34,821 bases of DNA from a virus. Lineage: Duplodnaviria > Caudoviricetes. Where the stretch lies: positions 1 to 34,821 of IMG/VR virus record IMGVR_UViG_3300035670_000754; one strand, 5' to 3'. A program made the position numbers and the translations under genes. This document shows positions 18,801 to 27,531 of the stretch, piece after piece. The notes under the pieces are model-generated. The model worked only from the letters and a program-made list of their open reading frames with translations. It had not been told where the DNA came from and searched no databases. The stretch's first letter is position 1. The number at the start of each line of letters is the position of its first letter.

Positions 18801-19860
18801 CTTCACCTTCCCCTCCTACAGTACCCCCATTCGTATCGAACTCGTGAATAGATTCTGAAACAAACCTTCTAGAAACTAAATCTGTTTTATTACTATCAAA
18901 ATTAATGGCCGCATTTAATAATTGTTTAACATAAAATGCATAATCTGTAGTGTTAATATCTATATTGTACCCATCACTAACTGGCCATGTAAAATTTTCT
19001 GTAGTTACATATCTTACACCATCACTTTCTTTTGGTACATCAAAAGATGAGGTGTATATAGGCGTTGTTAATCTATTTAAAAGTACCTTTTCAAAATCTA
19101 ATAGGTTTTCAAAAAATAACTGTACCTCTAAACTATTAGGTTTTAAATGGTAAGTTATTTGGCCAAAAGTGGATGCACTAAGGGTTGGGAACGGGTTACC
19201 TATTGTTTTAACAAAAATATATGGGTATGTGTCAGTAGAACCAGTATAACCAATTAAAGGGTACTCTGTATCACCACCTGTCCATATAACGTATTTATCG
19301 TAATTTAATTGTAAATTATAAATTTCGGTATCTAAGAAGTTATTACTATCAATAATCAACTCAAAATTATTAGATACGACACTTTTTGGTATTAAGAATG
19401 TAGATGTATTGTCTCCGCCGTTATAATTAAAAGATAAAACTGTATTTACAGCGGTATTTGTATTTAAAAATGGGTCTAAAAATAAAGAACCTTTCCATTT
19501 TTGAATAATCTGTTCTATGGTTACTCTAACAAATTCTTGAAAGCTGCCGAAATAAACATACCTACTAATATTATAGGGGTCAAAATTTAACCTAATAAGT
19601 ATTTCATTGGATAATAAAATTTCTGAAGTACTTTGTGAAAGGTTTAAATTATCTAAACTATAATAGTCAGACCACTGCCCACCTAAGACAAAATTTTTAT
19701 TTAATTTTCTATCTAAATTTGTCGTTATTTGAAAGTTACCAAAAGTAAAAAGTGAGACCCCGTCGGTAAATTGAAGTCCGACTAAGTTAGGTGAAAAATC
19801 ACCCTCTCTTCTTTTGTAAGCTTCCGTTAGGGAACGAGGTGTTACTTTAACTGTTGCCAT
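15829..19860 (-). CDS. baseplate wedge protein (P2 gpI / T4 gp7-like core) with long Cys-rich repeat extension
   Basis: LIKMMAKNLGF...IELWRRLVINAWWLFKSKGTRKVIEFFFNLF matches the gpI-type RR..I..A...K.KGT signature. The C-terminal ~670 aa carry about eight CC...W/G...C modules. Same operon as the gp6 and gp25 homologs. Confidence 0.72.
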   Translation of the reverse strand: MATVKVTPRSLTEAYKRREGDFSPNLVGLQFTDGVSLFTFGNFQITTNLDRKLNKNFVLGGQWSDYYSLDNLNLSQSTSEILLSNEILIRLNFDPYNISRYVYFGSFQEFVRVTIEQIIQKWKGSLFLDPFLNTNTAVNTVLSFNYNGGDNTSTFLIPKSVVSNNFELIIDSNNFLDTEIYNLQLNYDKYVIWTGGDTEYPLIGYTGSTDTYPYIFVKTIGNPFPTLSASTFGQITYHLKPNSLEVQLFFENLLDFEKVLLNRLTTPIYTSSFDVPKESDGVRYVTTENFTWPVSDGYNIDINTTDYAFYVKQLLNAAINFDSNKTDLVSRRFVSESIHEFDTNGGTVGGEGEEAYGMKVSKLLRIYGREFDEVKKYIDGISFANVVTYNKLDNTSDELIKMMAKNLGFDVLLTVGSDNFNLTEQIKPSLNTPFSGYSRSLSAKELDIELWRRLVINAWWLFKSKGTRKVIEFFFNLFKIPQCVISLNEYVYLAENRLDIQKVYTQIQEIFDKTGMGSLNLSDYPIDNFGFPKVLPETTSNYFQMGGFWYNGGNESTIGNNPHIGPYDFGKSYFSQFECFTPNFNQLLTASTLVTVTKNYFNNYNEGTFIFDQNGLPVPYYGTGYATALNNGSVNNVVVNSAGLTYVGGNNAPNYARPSGDTFSMKISFTAGNKNVCNTCTEQLIFGSDGIVYVNTGVRDPLNNPPLTNSLCCKNYWLPTYTNTPVCPKPNELMISVDGLVLDTNTNQTVSQQCCTKAYLGFNVTWDGRNCVIPQTCPNPESVSISFDNVVLDSNTNETVSQQCCTKAYLGFNVTWDGRNCLYVTSTNTGTPIEIGTENVSTLRTYSTNDLFNSYTGGIVIQSNYTCYWCPPENYLQTICSVDDYLSTLTQTQIIQLAVSLGASPNIGSEATYFISNIYEPFFNNYGCLILDNQDNVIKDKGCCELRGGTLTNINGVNYCLKPNPNPCAGSQVYPKTHVWVKPDNTLLPESCCNQNGQYWVSPVDSNNNNITLVSQNGTTTFLDLPGSTFAGSNSYCSSCPNNLIEVVENSSIIIKDSNNNDLLQECCVDYGFNWDLNLQKCTKCPTVVNYGTELNEYQIVNVNGLDLSQQCCEQIGGWFGNAFGEGDKCYSCPGVMIYDSVTGESTINNGYQLIGTTSPIEVTYEGNSLSQQCCTLYHNQFGEAVWDSETNKCLIYNNNIGTPQSVPAQLKLGNTTKCINNQQCLVGIYNTVYGTSNLLAGVVTTLYVQPGQTPLNSPLYLDASLNTLLTPTNLIQISNNFSSPGIYENFIYFEYNNTLYKLDFTSNNPVPSYSLASSYYIFDNLHPYPTPTTECSPLGSNC
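17398..17610. repeat. 150-bp-period duplication with 63-bp identical core
   Basis: 17398..17460 equals 17548..17610 (acaatttctaccatcccatgtaacattaaaacctaaatacgcttttgtacaacactgttgtga), encoding SQQCCTKAYLGFNVTWDGRNC. Flanks are diverged. Confidence 0.95.
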
Positions 19861-19862
19861 TA

Positions 19863-20759
19863 TTATAATGTAGGTATGTTAGTTATAGTGTTAAAATCTT
19901 TAGTAAAATCAATGTTGTTTACTAACTGACGTACCTCATGTAGTGGTTCTCCTGTAAATTGATCTTGAATTTCGTATAAATTGTATTGTTTATATATGTT
20001 ATTACCAAAATCGTAAATAGTATATTTACCATCAGTTATAGACTTAATTTGATTTCCGTAAATACCGTAAGCTAAGGTTTCGATATCGTATTCAACCATG
20101 TCTATTTCTAATAAAATAGGGTTAAAAAAAGTGTTTGTTATTGAAATTTCTTGTCCCGGTACTCCAATATCTGGAAATTGATTTGGTCTGACATTAGGTG
20201 CGGAACTTGGTGTCAGTGTACAAAAAATTAGATTAGATGTGTCATTGAATCTGTATCTAATAGCTTTTTGTGTTGTATTAGATATATTCGCATTTACCAC
20301 TTCTGTTCTATTAGCTGAAGTTATTATTCTAAAAAAATTAGGGATTCTTTGTCCTGCTTCATTGTAATATTCTATACGATAACCAACTAAACTACTAGCG
20401 TCTTGTATGCCCAATTTATTTATATCTAAAATAATGCCTTTAACATCCGGAAAGGCCGCTAAAACACCACAATCTGTTATTGTAGTTCTAATTTCTCTAG
20501 GTTTTATTATAACAGAATAAATACCTTTTGCTGAAAAATTTGTTAAAGGTAGTTGTAAGTTATATAAACCATCAAATAATGGTATACCATTAGCTGTTGG
20601 TATTGGGTGATTAAATCTGGATATCACCTGACTAGGTGACAATTGTTGTAATGGTATCGTAGGTTTTACATCCCTAGATGGGGCATAAGTGTAATAAATT
20701 TCTATATCATCAGTCGTAACTGTAGCTGGTCTAACTATACCGTAATTTCCTGTAGCCAT
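19863..20759 (-). CDS. hypothetical protein in baseplate operon (298 aa)
   Basis: Intact ORF with 1-2 nt gaps to both neighbours; no recognised catalytic motif. Confidence 0.7.
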   Translation of the reverse strand: MATGNYGIVRPATVTTDDIEIYYTYAPSRDVKPTIPLQQLSPSQVISRFNHPIPTANGIPLFDGLYNLQLPLTNFSAKGIYSVIIKPREIRTTITDCGVLAAFPDVKGIILDINKLGIQDASSLVGYRIEYYNEAGQRIPNFFRIITSANRTEVVNANISNTTQKAIRYRFNDTSNLIFCTLTPSSAPNVRPNQFPDIGVPGQEISITNTFFNPILLEIDMVEYDIETLAYGIYGNQIKSITDGKYTIYDFGNNIYKQYNLYEIQDQFTGEPLHEVRQLVNNIDFTKDFNTITNIPTL

Positions 20760-20760
20760 T

Positions 20761-21204
20761 TTATGTTATTTGTTTTATGTTATAATATCCGTTTCTATAA
20801 TTAGTTAATGTACCTAAATTTTTAATTTCTGAAAGTCTAGAATACCTTTCAAAAACAGCCAAATTCATTCTTTCTATAAATAGCTCGTTACTTACTTTTG
20901 GTGGGAAAACTAACCCCATTTTAGCCTCTTCTTTTATATCAAAAGTGTTTTGTCTATTAGGAAACGTAATGTAGGGTTCAAAATCATATCCGGAATAGTA
21001 TGTAAAAAATTTTGTAACTAAAGTGGGGAATTCAGTTATATAATTTATGTCACCTATAGTATAAGATACCGAAGTTATTGCTGTTAAATTTGCTGGGTTA
21101 TAATTTATATTTGTAACACCATTAACACCTATTTGATAGGGGTTGGTGTTACTGTATGTAGTAATTAAATCTAATTTTTGTGATGTAAATCCTGATATTA
21201 TCAT
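20761..21204 (-). CDS. putative virion protein (147 aa)
   Basis: ATGA overlap with the SprB-repeat gene; structural-operon context. Confidence 0.68.
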   Translation of the reverse strand: MIISGFTSQKLDLITTYSNTNPYQIGVNGVTNINYNPANLTAITSVSYTIGDINYITEFPTLVTKFFTYYSGYDFEPYITFPNRQNTFDIKEEAKMGLVFPPKVSNELFIERMNLAVFERYSRLSEIKNLGTLTNYRNGYYNIKQIT

Positions 21205-23081
21205 ATTGTTAATGTAATACTAATAGGTCCAAATGTACAATTATTACTATCTGTTACCGTTACAGATATTGTTTGTCCATTACATGATATGTCTGAAGTT
21301 ATAGATGTGGTTGGTAATCCGGATTGTCCAGGTCCAGACCATGTTATTGTATAAGGTGATACACCACCATTTATATCGATAACAGCCTGTCTACAACTAT
21401 CAGGGTTTATTCCACAAGCACAAGATCCGTCTTCAACAGAAATAACACCGTAACTAACAAATAACGGTAGAGGTGGTTGTGTCAAAGTAAATGTTGTTGT
21501 ACCAGAACAATTTGGTATCGTGGAGTCTACTACTGTTAAAGTGTGTGTACCTGCTGATATATTATTTATATTAACGTTTGTTGTAGGTCCTAAAGCCGTT
21601 GTTTTAAGTACACCGTCTATGTAATATTTAAAGGTGTTAGAACCAGTAGGTATTGTAGTAGGGTTTGTTGTATAAGATGTATTGACAGTTATGTTTTTAG
21701 TTCCATTAAAACATGTTATATTGTAACCATTTGTTGTGCTTATAGGATTTATATTAACATTTAATAAAGGTTTTTGTTTTAAAACTACTGTTTGTGTAGG
21801 TCCGTTACAACCGTTACTATCTTGTATTGTAAATTGATATGTGGCAGCATCTAGATTAAATAAATTATAAGGATTACTTATACTTAATTGATCTATTATA
21901 AGGTTATCCCTTATGACTGATACAATATATGGTGACTGACCACCAGAAGGTGATATTGTTATATTACCACTATCTGATCCGAAACAACCTATGTTATATG
22001 TGTTGGATCCAATAGGTATATTAGTTGAGCTAACTGTTAGATTCACGTTACTTAGTGAAGTGATGTTAATAGAGCTTATTGTGGATGTATTAGCAAAGCT
22101 ATCTGATATTTGTACACTATAACAAGGTATGTTAGAAGGACAAGCCAATAAATTATTAAATGTCGCGTTTCCAGTGGTTGTAATGGTATTGTTTACAGGC
22201 CCTGTTAGGACGTATGTATAACCATTAATACCACCTACAGCAGAAATTGTCATAGAACCGTCGTTACCACCAAAACAAGTAACATTTGTTGTGGTAAGAA
22301 CCGTACCTGTTATAGGTGTTGGTTCTGTTATATTAAAAAATTGTGAAACGGTAGTATTACTTGCATCAGTGATTTGGGCACTATACTGCCCAGCACATAA
22401 AGACGTTAAGCCGGTAATTGTTGTAGAAGGTCCGGCTAAAACTGTTGCGACCGTACCTACAATAGAATACCATGTGTATGTGTAAGGTGGTTGACCGCCT
22501 AGGGTGGTTACACTTGCCGTACCATTACATCCACCAGGTGAAGTAACATTTGTTTGTGAATCATTAGTTTCTAACAAAATTGATAATGATTGTGGTTGTG
22601 TTAAAAAATAGTTAGCATAAGTTGTGTTACAATTCGCATCAACAACTTTAATAGTATAATTACCATAAGCTAAATTATTTATAGTTAAGTTACTGCTAGT
22701 AAAATTATTAGGTCCGGACCAACTTATTGTTTGTGGTCCAGGACAACCAACAATTGTTGCTGATATAGAACCATTATTTGCACCGTAAAATGTAATTGGT
22801 GTTGAGTTAAAACTTACTGTACAATTGTTTAAGGTTAAACAAGGTGTTTGTCCCGCACCTGTATTAGATAGATTCCACACACCAGAAAAATCCACTATTT
22901 CATAAACAGGATTTTCCACATCCGTGTATACACCAATATCTTCTAAATTTTGATTTAAAAAAACTGGAAAATATAAAGTGGTTGCTGTTATTAGGTATGA
23001 TGAGGCTGTAATAGGTAAATTATTATTTATAACCCTATAATTTAAATCTTCATAACCAACTTTTCTTTTATATATTTCCAT
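21201..23081 (-). CDS. SprB-repeat-containing putative virion/adhesin protein
   Basis: Repeated C..NGS/GT-I-x-x-x-x-x-GG-x-x-PY-x-Y-x-W...L-x-AG-x-Y-x-x-x-(V/I)-x-D-(A/S)N-x-C...ITEP/LTQP units (about six), the SprB repeat pattern of Bacteroidota adhesins. Confidence 0.82.
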   Translation of the reverse strand: MEIYKRKVGYEDLNYRVINNNLPITASSYLITATTLYFPVFLNQNLEDIGVYTDVENPVYEIVDFSGVWNLSNTGAGQTPCLTLNNCTVSFNSTPITFYGANNGSISATIVGCPGPQTISWSGPNNFTSSNLTINNLAYGNYTIKVVDANCNTTYANYFLTQPQSLSILLETNDSQTNVTSPGGCNGTASVTTLGGQPPYTYTWYSIVGTVATVLAGPSTTITGLTSLCAGQYSAQITDASNTTVSQFFNITEPTPITGTVLTTTNVTCFGGNDGSMTISAVGGINGYTYVLTGPVNNTITTTGNATFNNLLACPSNIPCYSVQISDSFANTSTISSINITSLSNVNLTVSSTNIPIGSNTYNIGCFGSDSGNITISPSGGQSPYIVSVIRDNLIIDQLSISNPYNLFNLDAATYQFTIQDSNGCNGPTQTVVLKQKPLLNVNINPISTTNGYNITCFNGTKNITVNTSYTTNPTTIPTGSNTFKYYIDGVLKTTALGPTTNVNINNISAGTHTLTVVDSTIPNCSGTTTFTLTQPPLPLFVSYGVISVEDGSCACGINPDSCRQAVIDINGGVSPYTITWSGPGQSGLPTTSITSDISCNGQTISVTVTDSNNCTFGPISITLTI

Positions 23082-23875
23082 TATAACATGACAAATTCAG
23101 ATAGGGTTATTACAGATGTTTGATTTGCACCAAAAGGTACTAAAGGTGTAAAATTATATAAACCATTATTTATTTTTGGGTTTACTATTGTAATAGCACT
23201 TGTTCTCCAATCTCTGTTAACTGGATCACTGTATTGTAATATATTTAAAGGTCCATTAGGTGGGTTACCTGAAGGACTGGGGTTTATAAACCTAGTTATT
23301 TTACCGGTTTTTGCATTAAAAAAACTCGCATTCATATAAACAGTTTTATTGTTATTACTACTTATAAAATCTTTATCATTTCTTAACCAATAAAGTCTAT
23401 TAAATGGTAATATAGCAGTAGTGGTATCAAATACGTTTATGTCTTCAGTAAAAATTAAATTGTTAGTATCCCCACTATTACTATCGTAAAAATAAAGTCT
23501 AAAAAAACTTTTTTTAAAAGGATTACGATTTTTTTTAATTTCAATATCAGTAAAATCAGCTGTGGTATAAGAAGTTGTATAAGTAGAAGAAGTTGTGTTC
23601 CAAAATCTAAACTGTATTAATAAACCATTACCGTTGTTAGCTGTGTTATTTAAATAAGTATATTTTATAGTTTCAGCATCAAACTCACTGTTTATTGCTT
23701 TTTTTCTTTCCTCTAAAACAATATCTTGTAAATCATCACCATAATCTATAGGGTAGAATTGGGTCTCTATCGGTATTGTAATTGATTTGTAAGAAGTAAT
23801 AGTACCACCACTTACAGTTATTGTTTGTGCCGTATTTGTTAGAAACCTATTTGATATTTGGTACTTTATTAGCAT
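23081..23875 (-). CDS. hypothetical protein in baseplate operon (264 aa)
   Basis: Overlaps both neighbours; contains FKKSFFRLYFYDS and YMNASFFNAKTG blocks. Confidence 0.7.
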   Translation of the reverse strand: MLIKYQISNRFLTNTAQTITVSGGTITSYKSITIPIETQFYPIDYGDDLQDIVLEERKKAINSEFDAETIKYTYLNNTANNGNGLLIQFRFWNTTSSTYTTSYTTADFTDIEIKKNRNPFKKSFFRLYFYDSNSGDTNNLIFTEDINVFDTTTAILPFNRLYWLRNDKDFISSNNNKTVYMNASFFNAKTGKITRFINPSPSGNPPNGPLNILQYSDPVNRDWRTSAITIVNPKINNGLYNFTPLVPFGANQTSVITLSEFVML

Positions 23876-25710
23876 TCTTGTGGTATTGTGGTAGGTTCTA
23901 TGTATTTATCACCCAATAGAGTTATCGGTGGTTTTTGTCTTCTAACATATAAATTATGGTTAAAATAAAAATAATGTGCACCGTTTAAAAAAGGGTAGTC
24001 TACACCGTTAACACCCTCTTCAAAATAACCTATAGTTAATAAATCACGCCAAGCTATAGAACCATCGGCGTAAGTAACATAATTTTCTGGTATGTCAATA
24101 ATAATCTCATCGGGGTTAGCGTACTCTATTACATTTGAGTACTTTCTTATTTCTAACCGATTAAACGGTTTATAGTAATACCCTTCATTATTAGGTGTTG
24201 GGGTGATTCCAAATCTATGGATAACATCTGAACATTTTCTTTCTAAAAGGTCTTTAGAATTAAACTCCATAAAATCACCAATATATTTACTACCTGGTAC
24301 TGCCACTATATCACCGTTACTATTAATAAAATTTGTTCTACCAGACAATTTTTCAACACTACCAATTCCGTTTGGGTTATAAATAGATATAAACTCGATT
24401 CCGTTAGATGTGTCCGTAGTTCCATAATTAAAATCCCAATCAGCAGTCACAGTAGACCAACCATATGGGTTTTTACCAGCTCTTTTAATAACAGTATAAT
24501 AAAGTTCCGATATTGGTCCATTTCTATCACTACTTAACCCATCAATATTAACATCTTCATTAAATTGAAATAACCAAGTGTCGTTAACAGAACCTATTGT
24601 TACATCAGAAACGTTTGGGTATATATTGCTACTAAATGAACATGGATAAACACTATAATCGTTAGTGGTTATAACTTCAAATTGTCTAACGTAATATTCA
24701 GATGGCGTACCGTTAAAAAATCTATACTGTGGGTTAGGAGCGGGTATTACATTAGTCCCTTTAGGTACGTTTAAATTAACTCTAATTATAAACTCTGTAG
24801 AACCTGTAACACTACCTATAATGTTGTAAACTCTCCAAACACCGTTTAAAATATTTGCTGAACCCACTTTTATCTCTACAAAATCGTTAAGTAATAGATT
24901 GTGTGGTTGTGTAGTTTTTATTTTGGTGTACCTTATATCGTTCACCGTGTAATTACCTAATGTGTTACCACTTATGTCTGTGGCCGTTGCAAAAACTATG
25001 GTGCCAGAGTTATAAAAATTAGTGTCAGCCTCTGAAGGTTCTACCACTCTAAAAAAATTACCAAACCCAATAGGTAATGTCAAAGGATCGACTATAACAT
25101 CTAAAGTTAAATTTTTTTGTAAATTTTCACCTTCAATACCTAAATTTTTAACCCTATATACACCTTGTAATTGATTAGTAGAAAGACTACTAGATATATA
25201 AATGTAATCCCCTTCTGATAAGTTATGGTTTTGTACACCTAAAACTGTTAAATAATTATCAGTATTTATTACAGTGGTACCTAAAGCTTGGTATTGTAAT
25301 CCACGGTAAGCTTCTGTAGAAATAGTGCCTAGAGATGTTCTAGCATTTATTGTATAATTAAAAATTTGATTTGATGGGTAAGTTATTTGCATAACCCAAT
25401 TATTTGGAGCTAAAGGTGGGTTACCATAAAAGATGGGGCTCCAAGAAGAGTCGTCATATTTACCGTTAACATAAGAAGTAGAACCTGTTGATAGTACATT
25501 TGATGTGTAGATATTGAACTTTCCGTTTATTCGATATTTTTTAGAATTGTTTCTTTCGTCTAAAAAAACTTGATACTGATTTACAATGTCTATGATATTG
25601 TATTCAGTTAAAGGTTTAGACTTTTGTTCTAAATCTAGTTGAATATTGGTGTCTTTATTTTGTGCAAGTTTATATCTAGCACTACCTATTAAATTTGAAT
25701 ATTTTGACAT
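23869..25710 (-). CDS. putative virion protein (613 aa) with two small beta-barrel (E1 FCCH-like) repeats
   Basis: HNLSEGDYIYIS...LQGVYRV and HNLLLNDFVEIK...LNGVWRV match the H-x-L-x-x-G-D-x-V-x-I...NG-x-Y-x-V module common in phage tail proteins. Confidence 0.68.
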   Translation of the reverse strand: MSKYSNLIGSARYKLAQNKDTNIQLDLEQKSKPLTEYNIIDIVNQYQVFLDERNNSKKYRINGKFNIYTSNVLSTGSTSYVNGKYDDSSWSPIFYGNPPLAPNNWVMQITYPSNQIFNYTINARTSLGTISTEAYRGLQYQALGTTVINTDNYLTVLGVQNHNLSEGDYIYISSSLSTNQLQGVYRVKNLGIEGENLQKNLTLDVIVDPLTLPIGFGNFFRVVEPSEADTNFYNSGTIVFATATDISGNTLGNYTVNDIRYTKIKTTQPHNLLLNDFVEIKVGSANILNGVWRVYNIIGSVTGSTEFIIRVNLNVPKGTNVIPAPNPQYRFFNGTPSEYYVRQFEVITTNDYSVYPCSFSSNIYPNVSDVTIGSVNDTWLFQFNEDVNIDGLSSDRNGPISELYYTVIKRAGKNPYGWSTVTADWDFNYGTTDTSNGIEFISIYNPNGIGSVEKLSGRTNFINSNGDIVAVPGSKYIGDFMEFNSKDLLERKCSDVIHRFGITPTPNNEGYYYKPFNRLEIRKYSNVIEYANPDEIIIDIPENYVTYADGSIAWRDLLTIGYFEEGVNGVDYPFLNGAHYFYFNHNLYVRRQKPPITLLGDKYIEPTTIPQEC

Positions 25711-27527
25711 TAAAACTTAGTTCTTACTTTTATATCACTATTAGGTAATTTTATTTCAAACATCGTATCATATTCAGCAAATAAAACGTAATCTGATGTT
25801 AAATCTATTTCCCCAGTTTCTTCATCTATAAATTCCTGTGAGGTGATATTAGGCGAGTAATTACCACCGTATAGATTATAAATTTTAATATCTACCACAT
25901 TAAGTACCCCGGCTACATTATTTATCGACTCCACTAATTGTGATATGTAAATATTTTGTCCCATTTGCCACTTTTTAATATCAAAATAATCTTTAATAAC
26001 ATTAATAGTATTGTTTATTATTTCACCCTGATTAAATGATTTATCTGTGTATAAGTCAATATCAAAACTTAAATTTATAATTTTACCGTCTCTAATTAAA
26101 ACATAATCATTTATCATCCTATATTCCGCCAACCAAGTGGCCATGTTTTCCTTTAGTGTATTGGTTGAGCTGTTTGTTAATTTTCCGTTAGAATCTAAAC
26201 CTAAAATAGCAAATTCTACTTTGTTTTCTTTTTCAGAAACTTGCATTCTAAAAGGTACACCAAATTTACCTGGCATTTTAAATATTGTAGCGATATAATC
26301 CTTTATTGTGACAGCTCTATTTTGTGAAGAAAAATTGTATTTAGTCATGTACCTTATTTCTTCTATTGTAGGATCATTAGCTCCACCAAAAGCTGGAATA
26401 GGGTTATTTACTCGTAAAGAACTTCTGACAAACTGATTGTTTGCCGCCACGGGTCCATTAACAACCATTTCAAAAAACCCAACAGTGTTTATCGTGTTTA
26501 AACCTATATTAGCACCCGCACCACCACCTACTCTGTATTTAACGAATAAGGTACTGTTAGGTTTGGGTATTTCGCCTAAAGCTATACTATTAAAATAGTT
26601 TGATATTTGTAATATATAAGAATCTTTAGTGTAGTTTTGTAAATAATAATCATCAGAATAACCTGACCCAAAAGTTAATTTACAAAAACCAGTGTCAGTA
26701 TATTCTTTTAAAAATTTTCTGGTAACAGAAATCCATTTACCAGGTGTTATGCCAGAATTATCCGTACTTCTTGTAGGATCATCAACAAAAATTTTGTCTT
26801 CGGCTAAAGAATCAACTTCATACCATTTTAAATTATCATCCGAAAACTCTGAAGTTGTTGGATTATTATTAAAAGTTGTACCGTCTTTTGTAATGACAGA
26901 TTCTATCGATACTACATTATTGTCCGGTAATAAAACCTCTAAGAATGGTATTGAATCGGCTGTACCTAAAACTTTTTTAAAATATTTTGTCACACCATTA
27001 CTAACTAACTCTCTTTTAACTAAAGTATAATTAGTAATTTGATTGTTAGAATTAATGTTTGGTATAATTAACCTATTTGGTATTCCGCCTAAAGAAAAAG
27101 GTGATGAAAAATCTATATCTTCTAAAGTCTCAAAAGTTTGTCCACCCCCCATAACTTGAGCACCGTATCTAATTACAGGTGCGTACCTAACATCAAAAGT
27201 ATCACCAAAAACTGGTACTGTAACAGCAAAATCAACTAAAGTAACGGATGACCTTTTACCGGGTATTTTTAAACCTAAAGTTCTCGCTATATTCATAACA
27301 GACCTTCTTTCTTGAGCGTAGTCTATTTGAGTTTCATTAAACATCCTATCTGTGTGGTAAGACAACATGTCTGATACAGCCGCATTAAGTTCAATTAACA
27401 TCGTACCAATAGACGCATCATTAAAGTCTTGGTATAGTTCTGGGTAAAAATGTTTGACGTAATTAATTAATTCAGTTCTTACGTCTAAAAAATTTCTTGC
27501 GAAGTAATTTATTTTTTTTTCTGCCAT
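25710..27527 (-). CDS. baseplate wedge subunit (T4 gp6 / P2 gpJ-like)
   Basis: NYFARNF..VRTELINY, DFNDASIG.MLIEL.A.V.DMLSYH.D, LTFGSG, YRVGGG, AFGGANDPTIEEIR, QNRAVTIKDY. Confidence 0.92.
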   Translation of the reverse strand: MAEKKINYFARNFLDVRTELINYVKHFYPELYQDFNDASIGTMLIELNAAVSDMLSYHTDRMFNETQIDYAQERRSVMNIARTLGLKIPGKRSSVTLVDFAVTVPVFGDTFDVRYAPVIRYGAQVMGGGQTFETLEDIDFSSPFSLGGIPNRLIIPNINSNNQITNYTLVKRELVSNGVTKYFKKVLGTADSIPFLEVLLPDNNVVSIESVITKDGTTFNNNPTTSEFSDDNLKWYEVDSLAEDKIFVDDPTRSTDNSGITPGKWISVTRKFLKEYTDTGFCKLTFGSGYSDDYYLQNYTKDSYILQISNYFNSIALGEIPKPNSTLFVKYRVGGGAGANIGLNTINTVGFFEMVVNGPVAANNQFVRSSLRVNNPIPAFGGANDPTIEEIRYMTKYNFSSQNRAVTIKDYIATIFKMPGKFGVPFRMQVSEKENKVEFAILGLDSNGKLTNSSTNTLKENMATWLAEYRMINDYVLIRDGKIINLSFDIDLYTDKSFNQGEIINNTINVIKDYFDIKKWQMGQNIYISQLVESINNVAGVLNVVDIKIYNLYGGNYSPNITSQEFIDEETGEIDLTSDYVLFAEYDTMFEIKLPNSDIKVRTKF

Positions 27528-27531
27528 AATT

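Noticed and set aside
12963-23081. Stop-codon reassignment or readthrough as the cause of the split structural genes
   Set aside because: Genes are full length in the standard code. The junctions use TAA or TGA with frame changes and extra stops, and I saw no convincing slippery heptamer with a downstream structure.
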